Source: Candidatus Babeliales bacterium
GTDB taxonomy: Bacteria > Babelota > Babeliae > Babelales > JACPOV01
Assembly: GCA_050250855.1 (NCBI GenBank)
Contig: JBFWNW010000001.1
Span: 256,001 to 320,000 of the forward strand
Length of the DNA stretch: 64,000 bases
Direction of reading: 5' to 3'
Part shown: positions 38,857-49,096 of the stretch, one piece after another
Position numbering within the stretch: the stretch's first letter is position 1
Layout of the letters: each line of letters starts with the position of its first letter
Notes under the pieces: generated by a model
The model's input: only the letters and a program-made list of their open reading frames with translations
Database searches by the model: none
What the model was told of the DNA's origin: nothing
Position numbers and translations under genes: made by a program

Positions 38857-40284
38857 TTGATAGTGAAGAAACTAGTTTGTTTGGTAAGCATAGTGAGCTT
38901 TTTTGTATGTGCTTCTTATTATGAAAAACTACCGTTATATAAGTCGCAAACGCCAAGAAAAAAAGTTGTTATTATTGGTGCCGGCATTGCTGGCCTGACT
39001 ACCGCCTATGAACTCCATAAAAAAGGATATGACGTTGAAGTGTATGAAGCGCGTGGACGTGTTGGCGGTAGAATGTTTTCTGCATTAGTTCAAGGCAAGG
39101 TGGTAGAGCTTGGCGGCGAAAATATTACTGATGGTGGCTCTGCTGATCATCTTCGTGCCCTTATCAATGAGCTTGGTTTAACGCTTGAAAAATTTTCCGT
39201 TATGTTTAAGCATGCGTTCTATCATGAAGATAGATTTTTACCGATTGATGAAGATTTAAAACAACAGTTTAGTCAAGAAGCATTAAAAGAAAAACTTGAG
39301 GAAGCTGCACGTAATGCTCGTTCTATGCGTGAAGTTCTTGATCAACTTTTTGTACCAGGTAGTCCTGTGCATACTTGTTTGAGTACGCGTCTTGCTGGTT
39401 ATGAAGGCGCAGCAGTAGAGCGTTTATCATCACTGTATATACAAACATTGTATTATATGATTCTTGGCGGTATTTGTGCGGTTCATCCGGATAATGAAAC
39501 CGCTTGTATGCATATTAAAGGAGGCAATAGTAAGCTTCCGCAAGCATTGGCAGATAAGCTAGGTAATCGTGTGCATTGTTCTATGCCGCTCGTTTCTTTA
39601 ACAAAAGAAGAGCAGCAGTATCTATTGACCTTTAAAGATGGTGCAGAGGTTGCAGCTGATATGGTTGTTCTTGCCATGCCGTGCCCTGTTTATAATGATA
39701 TTACCTTTGGAGCAGATGTCATGAATGCAGAAAAACTTGCAGCTATAAGATCTATACAGAATGGCGATAATGCTAAAATAATAGTACCGCTTTCTGCACC
39801 TTATGATCAATCAACTATTTTTGTGCATAATGATTTAGGTATTTTTTCCTACCATAATTTTATTACAACGTTGTATTTTGCAAGCAAGGCAAGTCATTTT
39901 TTGCCGGCAACGCTTGATCAAACCTATGAGAATGTAAAGCCATTTGTTCATGCTGCATTAGGAAAACATGCAATGCCAGAAGAAAAACCTGTTTTAGCTC
40001 AAGATGCTCTTTTTGAGCAGTACGAAGGGCCCGTTGGGCATAGTTGGCCGTGTGATCCTTATGCGCAAGGATCATATGCATTCATTGCATCAGGACAAGA
40101 AAAGTTAATGACAACGCTGCAAGAGTATAAAGGCAGGACCATTAAAGCGCTGTTTGCGCCGGTTGACGGAACTCTTTATTTTGCAGGAGAGCATGCATCA
40201 ACACTTCTTGATGTGCCGGGAACTATGGAGGCGGGGTGCCAGTCTGGAATTCTTGTAGCATCTTTGATTGAAAAAGAGTTTTAG
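38857..40284 (+). CDS. Flavin monoamine oxidase family protein
   Basis: IIGAGIAGL, EARGRVGGR, ELGGE, FAGEH, GTMEAGCQSG. Confidence 0.88.
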   Translation: MIVKKLVCLVSIVSFFVCASYYEKLPLYKSQTPRKKVVIIGAGIAGLTTAYELHKKGYDVEVYEARGRVGGRMFSALVQGKVVELGGENITDGGSADHLRALINELGLTLEKFSVMFKHAFYHEDRFLPIDEDLKQQFSQEALKEKLEEAARNARSMREVLDQLFVPGSPVHTCLSTRLAGYEGAAVERLSSLYIQTLYYMILGGICAVHPDNETACMHIKGGNSKLPQALADKLGNRVHCSMPLVSLTKEEQQYLLTFKDGAEVAADMVVLAMPCPVYNDITFGADVMNAEKLAAIRSIQNGDNAKIIVPLSAPYDQSTIFVHNDLGIFSYHNFITTLYFASKASHFLPATLDQTYENVKPFVHAALGKHAMPEEKPVLAQDALFEQYEGPVGHSWPCDPYAQGSYAFIASGQEKLMTTLQEYKGRTIKALFAPVDGTLYFAGEHASTLLDVPGTMEAGCQSGILVASLIEKEF

Positions 40285-40294
40285 ACTATAAAAA

Positions 40295-41257
40295 TTAGAT
40301 TTTTTTACACTCTAGGGAACTGATAGTATCATTAATAGTTATTATATTGACAATCTCTAATCCTGCACTTTGTATAAGTTCAGTAAATTCTGATAAGGTT
40401 CGCTCTTGGCCTTGAAAAATAGTAAGCAGCGCAAGATCAATTGCTGCCAACAGTTTTTTATTGTGAGCATGATCTAGAATACCATCAATAATGTAGAGCT
40501 TAGAATCAGCTTTCATAGCAGCGCTAACATTTTTAAGTATTTGCAATGCTTTTTCATTATGCCAATCATGTATAATACGTTTGAGAATAAAGATATCAGC
40601 AGAGAATGGTAACGGTTCAAAAAAGTTGCCGGCGATTTCTTTACCAGGAAAGTTTTCTATGTTTGCAACAACATCTGGAAGGTCACATACAATGCCATTA
40701 ACAGAAGGATTGTGAAGCATTATTTTTGTAATGAGCTGGCCTTTGCCGCCGCCAATATCGGCAACTGTTCCATAAAAAGAAAGTTGAGCAGCAATCGTAG
40801 CATCTTCTTCTTGTGAAATAATTACCATTGCTTCATCAAAGCGTGCGCTGAGCACAGGATGTTTTTTTAAATAATCAAAATAACTTTCGTTATAGAGCAT
40901 GTCAAATGCAGCTTTACCCGTTTTAATTGAATAGCCTAGATGGCCAAATGAGTTCCAGCGTGTTTCATCATCATGGAGTAAAAATGGTTTTATTGTCTGC
41001 GGATGATCTGCGCACATGGTGCTAGAAAAATCAGTGGTATGGTACATGCCATTGGTATCTTTAAAGAATACATCATGCAGTGCAAGAAGATTGAGCAAGC
41101 GTTTCAAACTTGATTGTTCTGTATTTGTAGCAGCTGCAAGTTCACTGATATCCATAGCTTTTTTGCTAAGATGTTCTGCGATATTAATTTCTGCTGCAAC
41201 AAATAATGCTCGTGCAAGCATAATGTTATTCAAAAGTGAAAATATATCGATGTTCAT
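40295..41257 (-). CDS. SAM-dependent O-methyltransferase (COMT-like, with dimerisation domain)
   Basis: DIGGGKG, DLPDVV, GNFF, LKRIIHDW, GQERT. Confidence 0.9.
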   Translation of the reverse strand: MNIDIFSLLNNIMLARALFVAAEINIAEHLSKKAMDISELAAATNTEQSSLKRLLNLLALHDVFFKDTNGMYHTTDFSSTMCADHPQTIKPFLLHDDETRWNSFGHLGYSIKTGKAAFDMLYNESYFDYLKKHPVLSARFDEAMVIISQEEDATIAAQLSFYGTVADIGGGKGQLITKIMLHNPSVNGIVCDLPDVVANIENFPGKEIAGNFFEPLPFSADIFILKRIIHDWHNEKALQILKNVSAAMKADSKLYIIDGILDHAHNKKLLAAIDLALLTIFQGQERTLSEFTELIQSAGLEIVNIITINDTISSLECKKI

Positions 41258-41428
41258 ACAGGTTTCATTTCTCTATATAAAAAATTGTGTAACGGATGTG
41301 AGTGTATAGGACTTTTGCTCTATTGAAAAGTTTTTTTACATGGAATCTATAACAATTTGACATGATGGAAAACTCTTTCTAGGATATCAAAAGAGTTAAT
41401 GATTATTTTTTAAAAAAGAGAGGACCTA

Positions 41429-42541
41429 ATGAAAAATATGAAACAGTATTTTTTTGCGTCTATTGTACTATTCGGATCTTTTTTCCATTCTTGTGCGTTT
41501 GTTAATTCAGATCGCGTTGTAGCAACCGTTCCTGTTGGTATTACTCCGGCTGGGCTTGCTTTAACGCCTGATGATGCGTTTGCGTATGTTGCCAACAATA
41601 ATAATTATACCTATACAGGTATGGACACGGTTAGCGTTATTGACCTGAGCAATAATACGGTAATAAAAACTATTCATGATGCAAGTTTTAATGAGCCTTA
41701 TACGGTGACCATTAATAAAGATGGCACCAAAGCATACATAACAAACAGTAATAGCACCACGATAACGATTATTGATATAAAAACAAATTCAGTTTCTGGT
41801 ATTATCTATGGGTTTGATGGTCCTTCTGGTTTGGTTATTACGCCAGATCAAAAAAGAGGATATGTAAATAATTATGGCGGGCCGGAAGGCGTTGGAAGCG
41901 GTAATGCTGTTACGTTAAATATTGTTGATTTAGTGTCACTTGCTATAACCGGAACTATTCATGTTGATTTAGCGCCGGCAGCGCTTGCTATTTCATCTGA
42001 TGGTGCTCGCGTTTATTCAGCTAACTACGTTGATGGTAATCCAGGAACGGGTACGGTTAACGTTATAGATACAGCAAGCAATACTCTTACGGCAACAATT
42101 TTTGGTTTTTCTGGGCCATTTGATATTGTGCTAACCCCTGATGATAAGTATGCTTACGTGACTAATTTTGGCAGCAACAATTTTATACCCGTAGGTACAA
42201 CGGTGAGCGTTGCTGACTTAAAGAAAAATGTCATTATTCAAACTATAGACGTTGGCCTGCAGCCAGCAGGCATTGCATTGACGCCAAATGGACGTTTTGC
42301 TGTCGTTACCAATTATAATACGTTGTATGCTGATTACGAAAATTTTACTGATCTAACTCCGGGGGAAGGCACTATCAATATCATTGATACTAAAACAAAT
42401 ACGGTAACACCGGTAACGGTAGTAGTTGGACAATCGCCAGCTAATATTGCCATTGCATCAAATGCTAAATATGCATATATCAGTAATTATACTGCTAATA
42501 CGGTAAGCGTGGTGAATATTCTTGAAAGAGCATGGTTGTAA
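41429..42541 (+). CDS. YVTN/YncE beta-propeller repeat protein
   Basis: Repeated P.G....PD...AYV.N....TVSVID units; signal peptide. Confidence 0.9.
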   Translation: MKNMKQYFFASIVLFGSFFHSCAFVNSDRVVATVPVGITPAGLALTPDDAFAYVANNNNYTYTGMDTVSVIDLSNNTVIKTIHDASFNEPYTVTINKDGTKAYITNSNSTTITIIDIKTNSVSGIIYGFDGPSGLVITPDQKRGYVNNYGGPEGVGSGNAVTLNIVDLVSLAITGTIHVDLAPAALAISSDGARVYSANYVDGNPGTGTVNVIDTASNTLTATIFGFSGPFDIVLTPDDKYAYVTNFGSNNFIPVGTTVSVADLKKNVIIQTIDVGLQPAGIALTPNGRFAVVTNYNTLYADYENFTDLTPGEGTINIIDTKTNTVTPVTVVVGQSPANIAIASNAKYAYISNYTANTVSVVNILERAWL

Positions 42542-42589
42542 TATCGTTTTGAAATTTTAAGAAATAAAATTTATTGTTAAGGATAGAGT

Positions 42590-43201
42590 ATGAAAAAAAT
42601 AATAATTGTTGCAACATTGCTCATAGCGGCACAAACCTATGCAGCATCGTGCGCAGAAAAAAAATCATGTCCACAAGAATGTTATGCTTCAAAAGATGAC
42701 TTTCAATGCTCAAGATTTACAACAGCATTTTCTTCTGGCTACGTATTTAAAAATGATGGCATTTTTAGAGATGTTTATGGTCTTGGTATGGTCAACGTGC
42801 TTACTGCTGATATCTGTTATCATCCTTGGGAGCGCTTGTGGGGCATTGGTGGCAAAATAAGTTATTGGCTTGCGCGTGGAAGAACTACTATGCTCAGACA
42901 ACGTACTTTCTTGCAAGAAATTCCTGTTTCTCTTTATGTGCGTAAGATGAAAGATTTTGCATCTGGCCTGCGCTTGTATGGTTCATTAGGTGGTTGTTTT
43001 GCTTATATAAAGGAAGACAATTATTTAGCGCATACAAAGCGTTACAAAGGGCTTGGCGAAGTTGAAGCCGGTCTATTTTACCCAGTATGGCGCCGCATGC
43101 TTATTACCGCCGCTGCGCGCTACTTATTCCCGCGCCAAGGCCATCCAAAAGTTGATGTTGGCGGTGTTGATCTGCGAGCGGGTATAGGGTTTTTCTTTTA
43201 A
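42590..43201 (+). CDS. Putative outer-membrane beta-barrel protein with Cys-rich N-terminus
   Basis: Signal peptide, amphipathic strands, terminal Phe (LRAGIGFFF). Confidence 0.65.
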   Translation: MKKIIIVATLLIAAQTYAASCAEKKSCPQECYASKDDFQCSRFTTAFSSGYVFKNDGIFRDVYGLGMVNVLTADICYHPWERLWGIGGKISYWLARGRTTMLRQRTFLQEIPVSLYVRKMKDFASGLRLYGSLGGCFAYIKEDNYLAHTKRYKGLGEVEAGLFYPVWRRMLITAAARYLFPRQGHPKVDVGGVDLRAGIGFFF

Positions 43202-43218
43202 AAAAAATCTATGTACTA

Positions 43219-43758
43219 ATGATGAAGAAAAAAATATTTCCTTTATCAAAAGTGTATCAACTCATTGAGCCTGGACCTGTCGTCATGGTTTCTACATTGT
43301 ATAAAGGCAAGCCAAATATTATGACCATGTCTTGGCATATGATGATAGAATTTGAGCCGCCTCAGATTGCTTGTATTATTGGTCAAGAAGATTATTCATT
43401 TACGATCATTAAAAAGACTAAAGAATGTGTTATTAATATTCCTACTGTTGAGCTGATTCATGAGATTGTAGGAGTTGGTAATTGCACGGGAGCTAAGGTT
43501 GATAAATTTAAAAAATTTGCCTTAACTCCCGTTGATACTCATGTTGTCAAAGCTCCCTTAATCGCTGAATGTTATGCAAACTTGGCTTGTAAGGTTATTG
43601 ATACACGCATGGTCAATGGCTATAACATGTTTATCCTTGAAGTAATCAAAGCATGGATTACGCCATCAAAAAAAAGACAACGCACGGTACATCATGCAGG
43701 CTATGGAGTTTTTATTGTTGATGGCAAGGTGATTAGAGTAGCTTCAAAAAAGAAATAA
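43219..43758 (+). CDS. Flavin reductase family protein
   Basis: PGPVVMVST, NIMTMSW, ECVINIP, APLIAECYANLAC. Confidence 0.88.
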   Translation: MMKKKIFPLSKVYQLIEPGPVVMVSTLYKGKPNIMTMSWHMMIEFEPPQIACIIGQEDYSFTIIKKTKECVINIPTVELIHEIVGVGNCTGAKVDKFKKFALTPVDTHVVKAPLIAECYANLACKVIDTRMVNGYNMFILEVIKAWITPSKKRQRTVHHAGYGVFIVDGKVIRVASKKK

Positions 43759-43779
43759 AGAAATTATTAAGGAGAATCA

Positions 43780-44211
43780 ATGAATTTTATGCATCTTATA
43801 CTACAAACAACCCCTTATTTAAATGGCCTTGCATTAACTCTTATTCGTATCGGCATCGGTATATTATTTATCGGCCATGGGTATTTAAAATTTGTAGCAG
43901 GGTATTCAAATTGGCTTTGGACAGGGCAGCAAATGGCGCTTGTAGGCATAACCTTTGCACCACTCTTTTGGGGAATCTGTGCCATGCTCAGTGAGCTTGG
44001 TGGCGGTATTTGCCTGATGCTTGGTTTTTATACTCGCATAGCGGCAGCTTTTATGGCCTTTACTATGCTTATTGCTCTTATTTATCACATAAAAAAGGGC
44101 GATAGTTTTACCGTGTATGCCTTTCCCCTTTCTCAACTGCTTATTTTTATAGGGCTCATGATTGCAGGAAGTGGCGATTTTTCTTTAGATAAGCTACTTT
44201 CTGCTCAATAG
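43780..44211 (+). CDS. DoxX family membrane protein
   Basis: RIGIG.LF..HG..K, ELGGG...LG..TR, GSGDFSLD. Confidence 0.9.
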   Translation: MNFMHLILQTTPYLNGLALTLIRIGIGILFIGHGYLKFVAGYSNWLWTGQQMALVGITFAPLFWGICAMLSELGGGICLMLGFYTRIAAAFMAFTMLIALIYHIKKGDSFTVYAFPLSQLLIFIGLMIAGSGDFSLDKLLSAQ

Positions 44212-44281
44212 CCTTTTGACAAAAGGGCACAACTGTTGCACAGTAAGGGTATAATTTTCTATACTAAATGTGAGGTTTTAT

Positions 44282-45157
44282 ATGAAAAAATTCCAATCTG
44301 CAATTTTACTATTCTCTTTACTGTGTAGTGGTTTACCATCAGGTTTGCAGGCACAAGAACAAGACAAAAAGGCTACTGCTATTTGTTTTGATTTTGATGA
44401 CGTGCTAACGCAAAGAGAATCACGCATGCAGGATTTTTTGTATATTATTGCCTCAGCATGTTTTTCTAATCCTCTTGGCTGTTTCTATACGCTTTTTGAT
44501 ATGAATAAGATTAGAAAGCAAGGTGAACAGTATGCAAAGAAAGAGGCAGCGAGTACTCATTCTACCGTTGATGCTATGCTTTCCTATCTTAAGGAGCATA
44601 ACTATGGGGATTTCTTTGCTTATCGCGATAGCATTATTGACTCAGCAATTGAGCCACAACCAATTCCTGGCATGATTCAGCTGGTACAAAAATTCAAAAG
44701 CGAAGGTTATACCGTACTCGGCGTTACCAATCAAACATATGAAGAAAGCAAAATTTATCGCACAAAACTAAAAAATCAAGGTATAGATTTGACGAGTCTC
44801 TTTGATGCTATTGTTACTACGTATGCACCAAACTACCCGCAAGCAGCATCTGATACTATGCAGCGTATGGAAGCTAATGTATACATGACAAATCCTGGTG
44901 TTAGAAAGCCAGCAGCGAGTTATTATCAGGTGGTAAAAGATATCAGCAAACCACTTGGTGTGAATCGTTGGTATTTTATTGATGATCAAAAAGTGAATGT
45001 TGAAGGTGCAAACCAAGCAGGCATGATCGGTATTCATTTTGCCTTACCAAAAGATAAAAAGGGTAATCAAAAGAAAGCACGTAATGCCACCAAAGAAGAG
45101 TTGCGCGCAACGGTGTATAAAACGTATGATGCTTTGGTAGAATGCGGCGCTGTATAA
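44282..45157 (+). CDS. HAD-family hydrolase with signal peptide
   Basis: FDFDDVL, TN, KP, FIDD..NVEGA..GM. Confidence 0.8.
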   Translation: MKKFQSAILLFSLLCSGLPSGLQAQEQDKKATAICFDFDDVLTQRESRMQDFLYIIASACFSNPLGCFYTLFDMNKIRKQGEQYAKKEAASTHSTVDAMLSYLKEHNYGDFFAYRDSIIDSAIEPQPIPGMIQLVQKFKSEGYTVLGVTNQTYEESKIYRTKLKNQGIDLTSLFDAIVTTYAPNYPQAASDTMQRMEANVYMTNPGVRKPAASYYQVVKDISKPLGVNRWYFIDDQKVNVEGANQAGMIGIHFALPKDKKGNQKKARNATKEELRATVYKTYDALVECGAV

Positions 45158-45236
45158 AGTTTTTTCTTTACCACAATAAAGATTTCTTCTATGCTATTCT
45201 AATCATTATAACAGCTTGATAAAGCGAAAGATTTTC

Positions 45237-45554
45237 ATGAAAAGATTATTTTTTTTATATTTAGGTTTGGCACTAACAAGTGCTTCTGTCTGCGCTGTAG
45301 ATAAAAATGATAAAGCGCCAACAAAAGCAGTGGGCATACGCAATGTGGTATATGGAACAGCTCTTTTGGGGGCGGCGTTGTCTTTTCGTTATTGGCTTCC
45401 AAGTGCTCAGTTTACTATGAATAATTATGGTGTTTGGTCGACACTTACAGAAACTACATATTTTCATAGATTGTTTCTTGATTGCTTGACTATGGGGATT
45501 TGTGCTGAAGCGTTGTATCAGCTTAATACATCAAAATCAGTAGATAAGGAATAA
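45237..45554 (+). CDS. Hypothetical exported/membrane protein
   Basis: Signal peptide + hydrophobic segments. Confidence 0.6.
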   Translation: MKRLFFLYLGLALTSASVCAVDKNDKAPTKAVGIRNVVYGTALLGAALSFRYWLPSAQFTMNNYGVWSTLTETTYFHRLFLDCLTMGICAEALYQLNTSKSVDKE

Positions 45555-45558
45555 AAAA

Positions 45559-46005
45559 ATGATTATAAAAAACAGCCTGATTTTTTCTCTTTTTATGGTG
45601 AGCCTGAGTGTGGGTGCACAAGAGCAAGAATTTCCGAAACTTCCATCTGAGGAAGCTGTTTTTGCAAGTGGCCATCACTTGACTATTCATTTATATGCAT
45701 CATTATCTGCGTATAACAGGGATCGCTTAGTACCACTAACTTCATCTATGGATGATTGTTTACGTAATCATTTATTGCTTACTTCGCCTTGGATTCATGA
45801 AAAAAGATTTACAAACGATATTGTACAAGCGTATGAGCGCAATGAAACACGGTCAGAAATTATTAATAAGATTAAAGGTAATAGATCTTACCAAGCAGTT
45901 CCCAAAATGGCGCAAGCATTACTTGGTCATAACTTAATGCAAGCATTAAAAGATTGTGATTATGTTACTCAAAGGGTTATTCCTGCAAAGATTACTGACC
46001 TTTAA
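45559..46005 (+). CDS. Hypothetical exported protein
   Basis: Signal peptide ..SVGA-QEQ; AAGGA SD. Confidence 0.65.
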   Translation: MIIKNSLIFSLFMVSLSVGAQEQEFPKLPSEEAVFASGHHLTIHLYASLSAYNRDRLVPLTSSMDDCLRNHLLLTSPWIHEKRFTNDIVQAYERNETRSEIINKIKGNRSYQAVPKMAQALLGHNLMQALKDCDYVTQRVIPAKITDL

Positions 46006-46009
46006 TATA

Positions 46010-46041
46010 TTAAAGCTATGTTAAAATTAGCATAGCTTTAA
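46010..46041. terminator. Hairpin between convergent genes
   Basis: TTAAAGCTATG..CATAGCTTTAA. Confidence 0.55.
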
Positions 46042-46499
46042 CTTTCTATTGCTTCTTCGTCTTCATTATCATCATTTTCATCTTCTTGCGAAAACGATTC
46101 TTCAAGCTCTTTTAGAGCTTCTAGATGATTTTGGTGAATCTTGTTACCTTCTTTATCGAAGCCTTCATAAAACTCTTTCCAATCATTGCCGTGTTGCTTG
46201 CGAAGAGCAATGGCTTCTTTGAGCTGTTGTTCAAAAATTTTATTTTTATCAGCCTGGGTGGTAATGTCGGCCTTGTTCCATGTATCGATATTTTTTATAC
46301 CAAAATCGAACCACTGTGCTTTATGATGACCCATCATATCAGCTTTTTTTGCATCCCAATCTTTACCAAAATCAAGCCATTCAAGCTTTTGGATTTTTGA
46401 TAATTTTTTAAATTCTATGAATTTATGGGCCCAGTTAATGTCTTCAGCTTTAAGGGCCGTACTTCCTACCAAGAGTATACCTAAGATAAAACGCTTCAT
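46038..46499 (-). CDS. Exported helical protein with acidic tail
   Basis: Signal peptide, AGGAG SD, WLDFG/WFDFG internal repeat. Confidence 0.75.
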   Translation of the reverse strand: MKRFILGILLVGSTALKAEDINWAHKFIEFKKLSKIQKLEWLDFGKDWDAKKADMMGHHKAQWFDFGIKNIDTWNKADITTQADKNKIFEQQLKEAIALRKQHGNDWKEFYEGFDKEGNKIHQNHLEALKELEESFSQEDENDDNEDEEAIES

Positions 46500-46566
46500 G
46501 AGTTTCTCCTTTTTTATCTTTAGGGTACCGGAAAAAAGCCCTTAAAATCAAGGGTTTTATTGCTTT

Positions 46567-47178
46567 TTATTCAGTTTTTTCTTTTGCAAAAAATGCTCTG
46601 TTTTTGGCAGCAGTTTGTAAGCTTCGTAGAATTTTTACAGGAAGGTGGAATTGCGAGGCATTGTTATAGTCTCTTATCATACCATACCCTAGAAAAGCAA
46701 TCCCCGCTCCTGCTGCTAGTGGTTGGTGTGTGCATGCACCTGTAAGTAGCAGGAAAATGCCACTACGAAGGAAGCGCACAGCCGTTTCATATTCTTTTAT
46801 TTCATTCATAATAATTTTTATTGCTTGTTGTTCGTATACCTCTAAAGAAGCTTGGTCAATTTTTTTTAATGCTTCAATTTCTTTTTCTGATAAGGTTATA
46901 TTGTTTTCAGTTTGTTCAACAAAAATATTTTCTGATGTTTCATAAAACTCTTCAAACAGTTCTTTTAAGGCCTTAGGATCTTTTTCTTCTATGGCGTTGC
47001 CGACAAAAAAATTTTTCCACTCTGGAGATAGTTCAGAGGCCTTTTTACGATGTATTAAGGTGCTGGGCAATTCTTTTTGTTGAGAAGTAATTTTTTCAAA
47101 TTCTTGTGATGTTGATTCTGGTTCCATGCTCATGAGAGGTGCAGTGAGTAAGAGTAGTGAACAGTACATTATTTTCAT
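46567..47178 (-). CDS. Exported protein (signal + ME, C-terminal hydrophobic hairpin)
   Basis: APLMS-MEP; SELSPEWKNFF shared with the neighbour. Confidence 0.75.
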   Translation of the reverse strand: MKIMYCSLLLLTAPLMSMEPESTSQEFEKITSQQKELPSTLIHRKKASELSPEWKNFFVGNAIEEKDPKALKELFEEFYETSENIFVEQTENNITLSEKEIEALKKIDQASLEVYEQQAIKIIMNEIKEYETAVRFLRSGIFLLLTGACTHQPLAAGAGIAFLGYGMIRDYNNASQFHLPVKILRSLQTAAKNRAFFAKEKTE

Positions 47179-47206
47179 GATAACAAATCCTTTTTTTAGT
47201 ACTAAT

Positions 47207-47674
47207 TTATTTTTGTTGTTTATCAGTTTCTAATGTTTCTAACATGTTGATGGTATCACGTAAGCGATATTTACCATATAAACGTTTAACTTCACACAAT
47301 CCTGCCATGATTAATCCAAACCAGCTTACTTGAGGTTTTTTTAGTGCTAGGCCCATACCAAAAATATTAAGGCCTATAGAAGAAAAATCTTTAAGCAATG
47401 CATGTTCATTAACGCGTTGTGCAATTTCTCTATATGCTTTTTCTGTGGAAAAAGATTTTTCTGTACTATTTGGTTTATTTTTTTCAAACAAGTGATTTGA
47501 AGTTTTATGTATTTTTTTGGATAGTTGTCCAATTAATTGAGGATTGTGTTGAATGATTTCTAATACAAAAAAGGTTTTCCATTCTTGAGAAAGTTCAGAA
47601 AGTTCTAGATTATGTTCCATGCTCATAGCAGGAACTGTTATAAAAAATAGAACAGCGTATATATTTTTTTTCAT
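47207..47674 (-). CDS. Exported protein, paralog of the 46567 gene
   Basis: VPAMS-MEH; SELSQEWKTFF. Confidence 0.72.
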   Translation of the reverse strand: MKKNIYAVLFFITVPAMSMEHNLELSELSQEWKTFFVLEIIQHNPQLIGQLSKKIHKTSNHLFEKNKPNSTEKSFSTEKAYREIAQRVNEHALLKDFSSIGLNIFGMGLALKKPQVSWFGLIMAGLCEVKRLYGKYRLRDTINMLETLETDKQQK

Positions 47675-47754
47675 GCCAAAATCCTTTTTTGCAGATTTAG
47701 TTAAATAATAAAAACAGTTCACGTTATTATAGCAAAATTTTTTAGTATGTAATA

Positions 47755-48456
47755 TTAGTGCAAAAGGAACGTTTGTAGAGAGGGTGATGCTGAAATATTT
47801 TTTATAGTTTCACATGACTCAGTAATAGTTCCTTGATTTATAAAATAGGCACGATCAAATATTTTTTTTATAAAAGAACTATCTTGACTTGAAAGGCCGA
47901 TCGTTAGTCCCTCTGCGGCCAATGCTTGTAAAATAGCAACCAAGAGTTGTGTGTTTTCAGGGTCCAGTGACGCTGTTGGTTCATCAAGAAGCAACACTTG
48001 AGGTTGCAAACATAATGCACGCGCAAGAGCAACGCGTTGTTGTTGGCCACCAGAAAGTTCAGAAGGATAGGCATTGATAAAATTTTGCATGCCAAATTTT
48101 TCTAAAAGTTCTAATGCGCGTTCTTGTGCAGTTTGTTCATTCATTCCTGTTTGCAATAAAGGGTCTGTGCAATTTTGCAGTACGGTTACATGTGTAAAAA
48201 GATTAAAATCTTGAAAAACAAAGCCAACCGTTTGCGCGCGCTGCTGAGCTGTGAGTTTTGTTATGTCTACACCATTCATTACTACAGAATCTTTGGTATT
48301 TGGTTCAAGGCCAGCTAGTGCTTTCAGAAGTGTTGTTTTACCAGCACCACTTTTGCCAAGAAAACAGGTGATGCGTCCAGAGGGCAATGTGCACGATACA
48401 GTATCTATGATTTTTTTTCCGTTTATTACAACGGTAAGATTATTAACGTTGACCAT
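47755..48456 (-). CDS. Polar amino-acid ABC transporter ATPase
   Basis: GKSGAGKT, FQDFNLF, LSGGQQQR, DEPTASLDP. Confidence 0.92.
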   Translation of the reverse strand: MVNVNNLTVVINGKKIIDTVSCTLPSGRITCFLGKSGAGKTTLLKALAGLEPNTKDSVVMNGVDITKLTAQQRAQTVGFVFQDFNLFTHVTVLQNCTDPLLQTGMNEQTAQERALELLEKFGMQNFINAYPSELSGGQQQRVALARALCLQPQVLLLDEPTASLDPENTQLLVAILQALAAEGLTIGLSSQDSSFIKKIFDRAYFINQGTITESCETIKNISASPSLQTFLLH

Positions 48457-49096
48457 AGCGCATCCTTTTTTCTAGTACTATAAGTACACTATTGAGCATA
48501 GCAGCAAACAAAAGATAGATAATTGCAAGGGTTGCATATACCGCAACAGGATTAAGCTCACGTGAAATAATATTCATGCCGGTGCGGGTTAATTCTGCTA
48601 TGCCGATAGTTGCTAAAAGTGAAGTGCTTTTGAGTAACTGTTCAGCTTCGCCAAAAAGAGCTGGCGCTATTGCTCGGAATGCTTGTGGCAAGATAATGCG
48701 TTTTAATTGTGCAGGTAGTGAATAGCCAAGTACTGCAGCTGCTTGCCATTGTCCTTTTGGCACTGCATTAATGCCAGCGCGTATGATTTCTGTAACGTAA
48801 CCGCTTGAACAAAAGGCCAATGCACCACATGCGGCAGCAAATGCTGGCAATGATATGCCACACAAAGCAGGAATGAGAAAATAGGCAATTAAAATCTGTA
48901 CGTAAGCAGGAATACCTTTGGCAATAAACGTATAGAGTTTAATGAGCGCATACGTTTTTGATGAAGTTAATGCACGGCAACTTGCAATAGCAAATAAGGT
49001 TCCAAGAATAAGACTTATTAGTGCTGCACAAAACCATGCTGCCAAGGTTACTTGCATTCCTTGGGCAAGCAGCTTACTGTAATCTAATATATTCAT
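48443..49096 (-). CDS. Polar amino-acid ABC transporter permease
   Basis: EIIRAGINAVPKGQWQAA..LG...IILPQA; LLKSTSL. Confidence 0.92.
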   Translation of the reverse strand: MNILDYSKLLAQGMQVTLAAWFCAALISLILGTLFAIASCRALTSSKTYALIKLYTFIAKGIPAYVQILIAYFLIPALCGISLPAFAAACGALAFCSSGYVTEIIRAGINAVPKGQWQAAAVLGYSLPAQLKRIILPQAFRAIAPALFGEAEQLLKSTSLLATIGIAELTRTGMNIISRELNPVAVYATLAIIYLLFAAMLNSVLIVLEKRMRYGQR

